Below are positions 17,696-25,687 of a stretch of DNA of 28,274 nucleotides, one piece after another. The first letter of the stretch is position 1, and each line of letters begins with the position of its first letter. The notes under the pieces were generated by a model, which searched no databases, had not been told where the DNA came from, and was given only the letters and a program-made list of their open reading frames with translations. The DNA comes from a virus (taxonomy: Duplodnaviria > Heunggongvirae > Uroviricota > Caudoviricetes): IMG/VR virus record IMGVR_UViG_3300006143_000348; one strand, given 5' to 3'. A program made the position numbers and the translations under genes.

Positions 17696-18277
17696 CTATC
17701 GTTCAATCAGTTCAACGCCGAGGGACTCCTCCAGGGCAGTGATTGCGCGGTTTGAATCAATCTTTCCTTCTGCAATCAGGATGCGTGCCCTGTAAGCGGC
17801 AGATTTCTTCTGCCCGGCGGACAGGCCACAGATAATCCCTTTTAATTCCTCAGCGTCTTTTTCGAAGATGGAATCAAACTCCTCAATGCTCACGGCGTTC
17901 CTATAGAACTGCCTTACTCCAAGGTAATCGACAATCCAATCCTCATCGAACATGAACCAGTTGTTCTCGAAGAACTTCTTGTATGAGTTCCTGGCGTTTT
18001 TCAGCTCCCGGAGTTCCATCTCCTGTTCAGAGCCAAACCCGTCCCACACGAAACGTTCCCCTGTTTTCTTACTGATGTATACCAGACGCCCCTGGAATCC
18101 GTTGCGGACGACAACATACTGGTTGGGGTCAATATCTTTCGCTACGATTGCTTTCTTCGTTTTAGGCGCGGCTATTTTTGTGCCGCGTTTCGTTTTTTGA
18201 GTCGCCGTCTCAGCCGTAGCAGCATTAGCTTCAGCGGCTGCAGGCGCTGCTTCTGTATTTGGTTTTGTCTTATTCAT
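17696..18277 (-). CDS. Hypothetical protein after the capsid gene, about 193 aa (start MNKTKPN)
   Basis: SD AAAGGA precedes the ATG at 18277. It has an Ala/Thr/Lys-rich N-terminal linker and a compact C-terminal domain. Confidence 0.7.
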   Translation of the reverse strand: MNKTKPNTEAAPAAAEANAATAETATQKTKRGTKIAAPKTKKAIVAKDIDPNQYVVVRNGFQGRLVYISKKTGERFVWDGFGSEQEMELRELKNARNSYKKFFENNWFMFDEDWIVDYLGVRQFYRNAVSIEEFDSIFEKDAEELKGIICGLSAGQKKSAAYRARILIAEGKIDSNRAITALEESLGVELIER

Positions 18278-18296
18278 ATTTTCTTTTCCTTTCATT

Positions 18297-18323
18297 CAGA
18301 AACGGGAGCCTTTGCAGCTCCCG
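18297..18323 (-). terminator. Intrinsic terminator after the major capsid gene
   Basis: CGGGAGC-TGCAAAG-GCTCCCG 7-bp stem followed by TTTCT, about 25 nt after the stop. Confidence 0.65.
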
Positions 18324-18346
18324 CTTATTTTTAGGGTGAGGACTGG

Positions 18347-19363
18347 TTACGCAGTCATCTCATAACGGCCGATGCCGGAATTACCGCCAGCAAGGATGAT
18401 GCCCATGCCGTATTTCTCCCCATAGAGATACTCCTGGGTGAAATCCGCATTCTGCATTGGGTCGCCCATCAGGACAATCGGGTTGCCTTCGTAAACAACC
18501 TTAATCGGCTTGTCGTCTCCGGCGATGATGGTCAGCACGTCGTCGTCCATGACGAACTCTGTAGAGCCGACCTTATGGCGCTGCGGAGCAGCTACAACCG
18601 GGGTTCCGTAGAACTTTCCGTAGTAACCCATGTTGTACAGGTCATCCTTAGCGCCATCGCTTACGATGGAAGATTTCAGGTTACGCAGGGCTTTCTTTGT
18701 GCCGATGATGGTAGCCTGCTTCCCGCCTGCGGCAGCTTCCACATGGGAGATGAGGTCAAGCAGCTCATCCTCGTCGTATGCCCCGGCTGTCGGGAAATAT
18801 GTAGTCCCGCCAAACTGGGCTGCTGTTGCGCCAGTCCACAGGGTATAGACATCATTCAGCAGCTTCTGCCGGAAGGATTCAGCTACCTTATTGATGAAAA
18901 CGTTGAAATCAACGCGTCCTGCAAGCACACGGTTGAGTTCCTCGTAGATTCTTACTACTTTCAGGGTAGTCGGGATGGAAGTCTCCGTTACCCCGCCAAG
19001 TCTCTGGCGTCTGATACCCTGTGTTCCGTCCGCAGCTTCAGCTACAACGAATAGGTTTTTGTCTTCAACAAGGAAGAGGTTTTTGTCGCCCTCGTTCACG
19101 TTGCGGAAATCAACCAGCGCGTTAAAATACTCATCGCCCTGAAGTCCCTCGGCTACAGTATTGCTCAGCGTCTCTTCAAGCAGCGCAAACAGCCCGTTGC
19201 ATTTCCCGTCACGGATTTTCTTATAATCCAGGACAGTGCTCCCTCCGTTTGCTTCTACCAGAGCCTGCCTAAGCAGCTCCTGGGACTGGCCTACGGAATA
19301 TTTCTCGACCCTGCCCTTGTAGCCGTCAATAGCTACTTTTACAATATCTTTCATGTCAGACAT
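18347..19363 (-). CDS. Major capsid protein, 338 aa
   Basis: Strong SD AAGGAGG, HK97-like size, a late P-domain-like segment (GKFYGTPVVAAPQ), position after the protease/scaffold and decoration genes, and a downstream terminator. Confidence 0.8.
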   Translation of the reverse strand: MSDMKDIVKVAIDGYKGRVEKYSVGQSQELLRQALVEANGGSTVLDYKKIRDGKCNGLFALLEETLSNTVAEGLQGDEYFNALVDFRNVNEGDKNLFLVEDKNLFVVAEAADGTQGIRRQRLGGVTETSIPTTLKVVRIYEELNRVLAGRVDFNVFINKVAESFRQKLLNDVYTLWTGATAAQFGGTTYFPTAGAYDEDELLDLISHVEAAAGGKQATIIGTKKALRNLKSSIVSDGAKDDLYNMGYYGKFYGTPVVAAPQRHKVGSTEFVMDDDVLTIIAGDDKPIKVVYEGNPIVLMGDPMQNADFTQEYLYGEKYGMGIILAGGNSGIGRYEMTA

Positions 19364-19384
19364 GTTAAAATCCTCCTTTGCAAA

Positions 19385-19894
19385 TTAGTCAACTTTGATA
19401 ACATAGTAGGTGTACCTGCCGACAGTCTCGACGTCGATAATCTTGCCGACAGCAGTAGAACCAGCAGTCGCGGAAGCGGCTACGCTCAGTTTATTGCCAG
19501 CCGCAAGCTCGACAATGTTCCCTTTAGCGGGAGCATCTAACCCGGCCAGAGCCTCCTTGGTCACCGAAAAGATATCGCCGGAATGCAAACGGTATCCCCG
19601 CACATTCTTACCAGCCTCGTTGATGAACTCATCCAGGTTCTTGATACGCTCATCATACGGAACTTCCGGTGCGGCAATCAGGGCTACATTGCCCAGAGTG
19701 TCTTTCGCTGTCACATCACTGCCGACATAGACCTCCCTTTCGCCAGCCACCAGTTCACCAAGTTTCACAACGCTGCCGTTCTCAATTTCAGCAGCAGTAC
19801 TGCCGTCTGCACCCATATACCTAACGGATACCAGACCAGCCCTAACGTCAGTACCAAACATATTGTCTGTTCTTACAACGCCATATTTTGCCAT
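19385..19894 (-). CDS. Probable capsid decoration/cement protein, 169 aa
   Basis: A/G/V-rich beta protein with strong SD GAGGAGG, lying between the scaffold and capsid genes. Confidence 0.55.
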   Translation of the reverse strand: MAKYGVVRTDNMFGTDVRAGLVSVRYMGADGSTAAEIENGSVVKLGELVAGEREVYVGSDVTAKDTLGNVALIAAPEVPYDERIKNLDEFINEAGKNVRGYRLHSGDIFSVTKEALAGLDAPAKGNIVELAAGNKLSVAASATAGSTAVGKIIDVETVGRYTYYVIKVD

Positions 19895-19911
19895 GTTAAT
19901 TACCTCCTCAT

Positions 19912-21474
19912 TTATTCTTTTGCTGAGAAACCGTATTCCTCAAAAACTCCACCATAAGGTTCTTTGTTGACTCCGCCAGCCCTGTCAATCGGCAGTTTCG
20001 GCGTTTTCTGTGGGGCAGAGAATTTCAGGGATGCTGACCCCTGCCTTCCACGGATTGCGAAGCATTTCTCTTCCAAGGCATCTGCTTCGTATTTCATGCA
20101 GTCAGCGTCATATTCTGTTTTCAGGGCTTCAAATGCTTCAACCCCAGACAAATCCTCGAACTGGGCAAATATCCTACCCGCCTCGGATTTGCGTTCATTT
20201 TCAGCGATGGCATGTTCTGTAGCAGCTTTGAACTGGCGCAGTTCGCCAAGTTCTTTTTCCATAGACGCAATTGTGTCCGAAGCGGCCTGGTATTTCTCTT
20301 TAACTGCGGTGTTTTCAGAAATGCTATCATGGAACTTCTCTTCAAACTGCCCCAACGTATAGGCAAAAGGGGAATCCTGTTCGCCCTCGTCGAAATCTGC
20401 GACTACATATTTCTTGCGCTTTCTGCACGCATAGTCGATGTTGATGTGGTCTCCATTTGTTTTGTATGGGAATCCATAAAGGAGCCAGTCATTTGTATCC
20501 CAGCAATAGACCTCCATAGCTTCAAAATCACAATCGACGTAACAGTAGCGGGAGCTTTCTCCCCATTCGCGCTGCACTTTTTCGGCGCTTAACTGAAGGC
20601 AGATTTCCTCGACGATGTTACTGGTCAGGGCAAACTTGTCCTGCCCAGAGCCTTCCGCCGGGGCTGTATTGCTCATCGCCTTGAACTTTTCCTCCAATTC
20701 CTCGGCAGAGAAATCTTCAACAGAGAAGTCCAAAGAGCTGACATCAATGCCATATTTGGCAATTAATTCATTTTTGTCCAATGATGTTCGTCCTCCTTTC
20801 GTTGAATATTTTTGTGAATGTATATTGTCATCCTCATTAGAGGGAGTGACCGTTGTAAAACTCTCCTTTAACTCATGCATCATCTCTGAAAGCTGTCTTT
20901 TGAAATCCTGTTTCGTGAAAGCAAGGGAAGCTGCCTCGAAGCAGGGGGTTACCCCAATGAGTGCGAATGCCGTGAATTCAAAATCATAGACGTGGTAAAC
21001 GCCGTCAATCATTTTCCCGTCCTTGACGGTGATTTCCATTGACTGGGCGCATATGCCGTCGTCCTTGATTTTGCGGTAGGCTTCCTGCCGTTTCCAAATA
21101 AGGGCTTCAGCGCATAAGTATTCGTGTGTGGAACCGTCTTCTTCATCCACCGTCTCCCAGTACACCCGCGCGCCCTGTGGGATTACACCGACAGGGTGTG
21201 TCAGGTTTACAAGGCGGAAACTTCCGTCTCCGCCGTGTACCAGTTCCATATCGTGGCCTCCAAGCGTATCAGATTCCCTGTCGTAGTTGCAGACGACAGG
21301 GCAGTTGTAGATAGTCCTGATACACTTTTCGAACGTCTGCTTCGAGATGCTGCTGCCATTCCGGTTCTTACCGGCGTATGCAATACGGAGTATCCCGGAG
21401 TCAAAAGACGAGTTGACTTCACACAAATTGGTTAAAGATGATGCATAAGTCAGGTTCAGAACCCCGTCCTTCAT
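19912..21474 (-). CDS. Prohead protease fused to a scaffold-like region, 520 aa
   Basis: The N-terminal beta domain has NRN...GGH...QSMEI...FTAFALIG..PCFE, typical of phage capsid maturation proteases. The C-terminal half is acidic and coiled-coil (ASMEKELGELRQFK...ALEEKCFAIRG). It lies downstream of the portal. Confidence 0.7.
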   Translation of the reverse strand: MKDGVLNLTYASSLTNLCEVNSSFDSGILRIAYAGKNRNGSSISKQTFEKCIRTIYNCPVVCNYDRESDTLGGHDMELVHGGDGSFRLVNLTHPVGVIPQGARVYWETVDEEDGSTHEYLCAEALIWKRQEAYRKIKDDGICAQSMEITVKDGKMIDGVYHVYDFEFTAFALIGVTPCFEAASLAFTKQDFKRQLSEMMHELKESFTTVTPSNEDDNIHSQKYSTKGGRTSLDKNELIAKYGIDVSSLDFSVEDFSAEELEEKFKAMSNTAPAEGSGQDKFALTSNIVEEICLQLSAEKVQREWGESSRYCYVDCDFEAMEVYCWDTNDWLLYGFPYKTNGDHINIDYACRKRKKYVVADFDEGEQDSPFAYTLGQFEEKFHDSISENTAVKEKYQAASDTIASMEKELGELRQFKAATEHAIAENERKSEAGRIFAQFEDLSGVEAFEALKTEYDADCMKYEADALEEKCFAIRGRQGSASLKFSAPQKTPKLPIDRAGGVNKEPYGGVFEEYGFSAKE

Positions 21475-21489
21475 CTATAACCTCCTGTA

Positions 21490-21517
21490 ATAAAAAAGTC
21501 GTATGCCTGCGCATACG
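21490..21517 (-). terminator. Intrinsic terminator after the portal and the 58-aa ORF
   Basis: CGTATGC-GCAG-GCATACG 7-bp stem followed by ACTTTTTTATT. Confidence 0.7.
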
Positions 21518-21519
21518 GG

Positions 21520-21696
21520 TTAAAATGTCAGCGTGTTTGAGTAAGCAAACGGGGGAGTATTTAGCGAGAAGTGTTTCCCAGGTTTGTTTTCAAACACATA
21601 AATGTCGTTTTTGCTATCGCTCTGGACGAGCGTATATCCGTCAGCAACCAAGGTTTCCATATCCTTTTTGCCGAATACATATATAAATTTTTCCAT
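21520..21696 (-). CDS. Small hypothetical protein, 58 aa (not in the ORF track)
   Basis: MEKFIYVFGKKDMETLVADGYTLVQSDSKNDIYVFENKPGKHFSLNTPPFAYSNTLTF*. It has the SD-like GGCTGGTGA used elsewhere in this phage and fills the gap between the portal stop and the terminator exactly. Confidence 0.75.
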   Translation of the reverse strand: MEKFIYVFGKKDMETLVADGYTLVQSDSKNDIYVFENKPGKHFSLNTPPFAYSNTLTF

Positions 21697-21709
21697 TTAA
21701 TCACCAGCC

Positions 21710-23597
21710 TTATCCCCAATCGTCTTTCTGCTCGGAAGATTGCTCTCCACTGTCTGTCAATTCTGTTCCGTCGCTTACTGGACGGCCGCCTTCATCTGTT
21801 GGGGCATCGCTGTCTTCAGAGGGAGTGCTTACCTGGGTAGAGCTTATAATAGGCTTGAACATGTCCTGCAGGCTCATAATCTGTGTCTCCAGGAAGCTCA
21901 TGCTGTCAAGTTCAGACTGCCCAAGCCCCTGTGACGCAGCATACATGGATATTGTCGGAAGCCCATAGGACGCCGCTTTCAGGTATGCATCACCAAGTTC
22001 CTTTCGGTTGAACGGGCTGCAGTCCAGGAATGTGACCTTGAAGTTCTTGCCATATCCCTGCGCCTGGATGAACCGGTTCACCACGTCTTCAATGCTCTTT
22101 ACAATACCAAATGTCAGCGCCTGGTCTGCTTTGATGGAGAGCATCAGCGCATTAGCGGATGCTTTTTCATTGTTGAACAGCAGGGATGATACCCCGGCCG
22201 CTGTGAAGATGTTCTGTTCTGCGTCCACGATGGTATCGGTGTCACCAGTGTTCGAACGCTCGAAACTGATTTTGTCAATATCCATCGGAGTCAGTACGGA
22301 GCCGATTTCCTCTGGGAGCACGGAGTCCAGGTTCATCCAGAACTCCTTTGCCTTATCGTAATCTATGCCCCAGTTTCCATCGTCGTCCATAGGAAGCTTC
22401 ATGGATAGCATGGCATAGTTCTCAAGGGCTGTTTTTGTGAGTTTTAATTGTTTATCCATTTTGTTTGGAATAGTTATTTGCATAACTTTCGGGTTCGCTT
22501 TCCCGTCCAGTGTCATTTACACTTCTCCGTCTTTCGACAGAGTGCAGACTATATCTTCACCATGCCGCAGTATTGCGGTTTAGGGTTCCCCATTTCGGGG
22601 CGCTTGCCCCTACTCCCTTGCGGGATAGTCGTTGAACCTTCCTCTGTTCAAGGCTTGGCTGCTGATTGCCCATTATAAAAAGAGCAGGGGATTTAACCTC
22701 GCTCCTATACAATCAATTTTTTCTGTTTTCACAACCGTCACGCCTGCACTTGTTTCATTGCTACGTTGTGGTCTGATTGTCTTTAGGGGTTTCCAGCAAT
22801 TAAAGGAATTGTTGCTATACGCCGTTTCCAACGTACCGACCTATATTTAAGTCCTCAAGGTCATACAGTTCCCTCAAAATGCCTGCAAATGGCGGGAGGG
22901 AGTATGCCAGGATGTCGTTGTTCACTTTCACCGCGAATGAAGTAGGTGAGTCAAGCTCTATCCATCTGGAGGTACGCTGTTTCTGGTATACGGCGTACTT
23001 CGTTTTAAACTCCTGGGGATAGAACTCCAACATCGCGCTGTGTGAGTCAAAGTATGAAAAATCGAAGGTTACGTTCAGCACGTTCCCTTCGATAGTAGAA
23101 ATGGCACAGTAATCGCTTGGCAGCTGCTGTATGGTAATGCTGTCATTTGTGACCCACATCGTCCCATAGAACGTATCTTCACGAAGGCAGACAGTAAGTA
23201 TTTCCGGAAACTGTGTCTTAATGTTCATAGCGGACAGTGCGTTTAAGACTTTCCGGTAATTGCGGCTGATAGTCTTCGGGCTGATGCTTTTCGGGTCTAT
23301 CTTATGCGGCGATACCACATAGGACAAATCGGACAATCCAGTAAAATATTGGATTATCCGGCGGAAATGGGCGGATGCCCCATATATGTATGTGACAGCA
23401 TTACGCAGCTGTTTCTCATACTGGTAAGGGTTGGACAGGTAAGTTGTGATATCGTCCTTAGAATATAAGGAGAATGTAGGGGTTGTGGTATTATTATTCA
23501 AATCCCTGGTAATCAGCCGGTTCAGGGCTGCAAATTTACCTGATATGCCAACCATTTTTGAGATGTCAATGCCATCCCATGTTCTTTTTCCCGCCAT
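21710..23597 (-). CDS. Portal protein, spliced: join(23597..22850, 22455..21710), 497 aa
   Basis: The two track ORFs join in frame when the group I intron is removed: GAG GAC T|AT AAA gives ...LYDLED-Y-KQLKLTKTALENY.... Exons are 748 + 746 nt = 498 codons. It lies directly after the terminase and has an acidic C-terminal tail. Confidence 0.85.
22456..22849 (-). ncRNA. Group I self-splicing intron (IA2-like, no ORF), 394 nt, in the portal gene
   Basis: The 5' exon ends in U and P1 is GACU/GGUC with a U.G pair. P = AAUUGCUGGAAAC, Q = AAUCAGCAGCC, R = GUUCAACGACUA, S = AAGAUAUAGUC. Two extra stems lie after the 5' strand of P7 (UCCC-GCAA-GGGA and GGGGC-AAGC-GCCCC). P9 is CUCUGUC-GAAA-GACGGAG and the intron ends in G. 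Confidence 0.93.
22545..22672. repeat. Copy 1 of a 128-nt direct repeat (intron catalytic core); copy 2 is at 24620..24747
   Basis: Ungapped manual alignment shows 123/128 identity at an offset of 2075 nt. Confidence 0.95.
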
Positions 23598-25681
23598 TTA
23601 GTAAACTCACCGCCTTTCTCTTATAATGTGGTGGTTTGATGATGAACATGTCAGCGCTGCCGATTCCGGCATTGTGGCGTCTGTTCATTTTGGTTTCTAT
23701 CTGTGTTGCGACATAGTAGTTGTATGAAAGGCTGGAATACCGGTCTTTCCTCATGCCAGATTTTTCCGATATCTTAATTTTGCCTCCAGACTCTTCGTGC
23801 TGGAGCTTTGTCAGTTCGTCAATCAGGAGCGTCGTTTGGATATACGGGAGCTGCATCTGCATCTTCTCGGAAGGAGAGAGGGAGCTGTATCCCCGGATTT
23901 CACCAAGGTATTCCTCAGCGTCGTATTCCGTAGCCAGAAGCCTGATACGGCCGCTCCTGAATGCTTCCCTTAACAGGAACGCGCAGTCAGAATTAAATTG
24001 GGCGCTAGCTTTGATTGACCAGATAACCTTGTCCGCCCCTGCTACGGCGCACCGTGATGCCATTTCTGCGTTGTTGCAGCATGAGAGCGCAGGATATATC
24101 TCCCCAGTCTCAGAATCCACGATTTCCCTGGCCAGGCAGTCATAGACGCCGATTCCAAGCCCGTTTGTATCCAGGACGATGTAATCGCATTCGAATTCAT
24201 CATATAGTTTCCGGATATATAATGCCTGGTCATCCGTGCGTAACCCTTCGCATGTGTCGGCATAGACAAGGCCGCTGGAATACCTTCCTGCCTTTGTAGG
24301 CACCATCTGGTTGATGAAGAGGGCGGTAGCATCGTTCTGGTTCTTCCTGCTGGACATAAGTGCGATGTCAGCGGAAAGAATCCGTATCTCCCCGTTATTT
24401 TTCACCGGGATGCGGACAAGCTGTGAGTTGTTTAACTTTGAAGCTAGTCTGCCCGGAAGCATCGGGTACTTAATTTTCCTGTTCTTTGAGATAGTGTTGT
24501 AATCAAAAAAAGAGCCGTCGGCATTTCCATACCACAGCGCTTCGTATTCCCAGTAATGTTTATATGAGGCCGCTAACCTCATCTGGCGTTTTTGATGCCC
24601 TTTGGCTTTCACCAAAGCTCAGACTATATCTTCACCATGCCGCAGTATTGCGGTTTAGGGTTCCCCATTTCGATGCGCTTGCATCTACTCCCTTGCGGGA
24701 TAGTCGTTGAACCTTCCTCTGTTCGAGGCTTGGCTGCTGATTGCCCAATCAAAGCCATTTTCGAGCCATCACACTTATGCATATTTCATCATTATGTTGT
24801 GGCTGGTTTTGCTGTAAGGGGTTCCCAGCAATTAAAGGAATGCTAACATATGGTTTCCCATATGCTCAGACTAATTTAATCTGGAATTTAATCTCATTGA
24901 AATCTGTCTCGGCCATCTCATCTGCAACGGTATCCCTGTCAAGGAGTCCTTCTGTGACTGAAAGCTGGTAGGGGAGGCCGCATACAAACTGATGCTTCGT
25001 ATCGTCCAGCATGAACCTGCAGGTGTCCGTGCATTTGGTATAGCTCCAATGGTCAACGAAATACGCAGAGGACAGGTACATGGTCTTATTTTTCTCTTTG
25101 TTATACTCAGCTAACTTTTCTGCTTTTGTAAGCTTTGAGTATTCAGGCATACGCCTTTGGGTAAGGAATTTACGCAGGATTGTATCTATGACGTCTTTGG
25201 ATATCATGCGGAACTCATCGAGGAGCAGGAGAGTGGCACGGTTGCCACGGGCTGTGTCCGACGCGGTTACAACTTTGATATAGGATGTATTTTTAAATAC
25301 AATCTGTGCATTGGTTCCGTTTATTTTCGTTTCTTTTTCATCAATTTCGGCGGCTAGCTCCGGCGAAATCGGCTTTAGTTCGAGGATGATTTTCTCCAGA
25401 ATGTTGATACTTTGCCCGCGTGTGCCGGATGCGATGCATATCTTTGTACCAGGGTATAAAATACACCTGATTACACAGAAGACTGCGCTCAGGAATGATT
25501 TACCGATACCACGGCAGCCTATGAACACAGTGGTCGAAGACCAGTTCATCATCATTATCAGGATTTTCTGGAAGACGTGAAGTTCAAGATGAAGGTAATC
25601 CTTCGCTAGACGGTGCGGGTTTGCGCGGTAATATGCGCACCAGAGTGCCGCACCATGCAGAACGCGTTCAGTTCTGTTCAT
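23566..25681 (-). CDS. terL: Terminase large subunit, spliced: join(25681..24879, 24550..23566), 595 aa
   Basis: Exon 1 has Walker A (GCRGIGKS), Walker B (LLLLDE) and a YLSSA coupling-motif region. Exon 2 has the RNase H-like nuclease acidic residues (ILSADIA, LDTNGLG, KDRYSS). Splicing gives TTC CAG AT|G GAA TAC = FQ-M-EYEALW. Exons are 803 + 985 nt = 596 codons. Confidence 0.92.
24551..24878 (-). ncRNA. Group I self-splicing intron (IA2-like, no ORF), 328 nt, in terL
   Basis: P1 is CAGAU/GUCUG with a U.G pair and P2 is GCAUAUGG-GAAA-CCAUAUGU. The P/Q/R/S elements match the portal intron. P9 is CUUUGGU-GAAA-GCCAAAG, the intron ends in G, and removal restores the frame. Confidence 0.94.
24620..24747. 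repeat. Copy 2 of the 128-nt intron-core repeat
   Basis: It differs from copy 1 only at GGGG/GATG, CCCC/CATC and one A/G. Confidence 0.95.
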
Positions 25682-25687
25682 AAGGCT

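Noticed and set aside
22674-22710. Hairpin plus U-run (GGAGC...GCUCU-UUUU) and a TATAAT inside the P5 region of the portal intron
   Set aside because: The stem is imperfect and more simply part of the intron P5 extension. There is no -35 at proper spacing for the TATAAT.
22720-22734. 15-nt match TTTCTGTTTTCACAA between the portal intron and the reverse complement of the TA leader (about 27226..27240)
   Set aside because: About one 15-mer match is expected by chance in 28 kb on two strands, and more in AT-rich sequence. There is no flanking similarity.
22545-24747. The 128-nt repeat interpreted as IS ends, att sites or a CRISPR repeat
   Set aside because: There is no transposase, integrase or spacer array, and the repeat is fully explained as the group I catalytic core.
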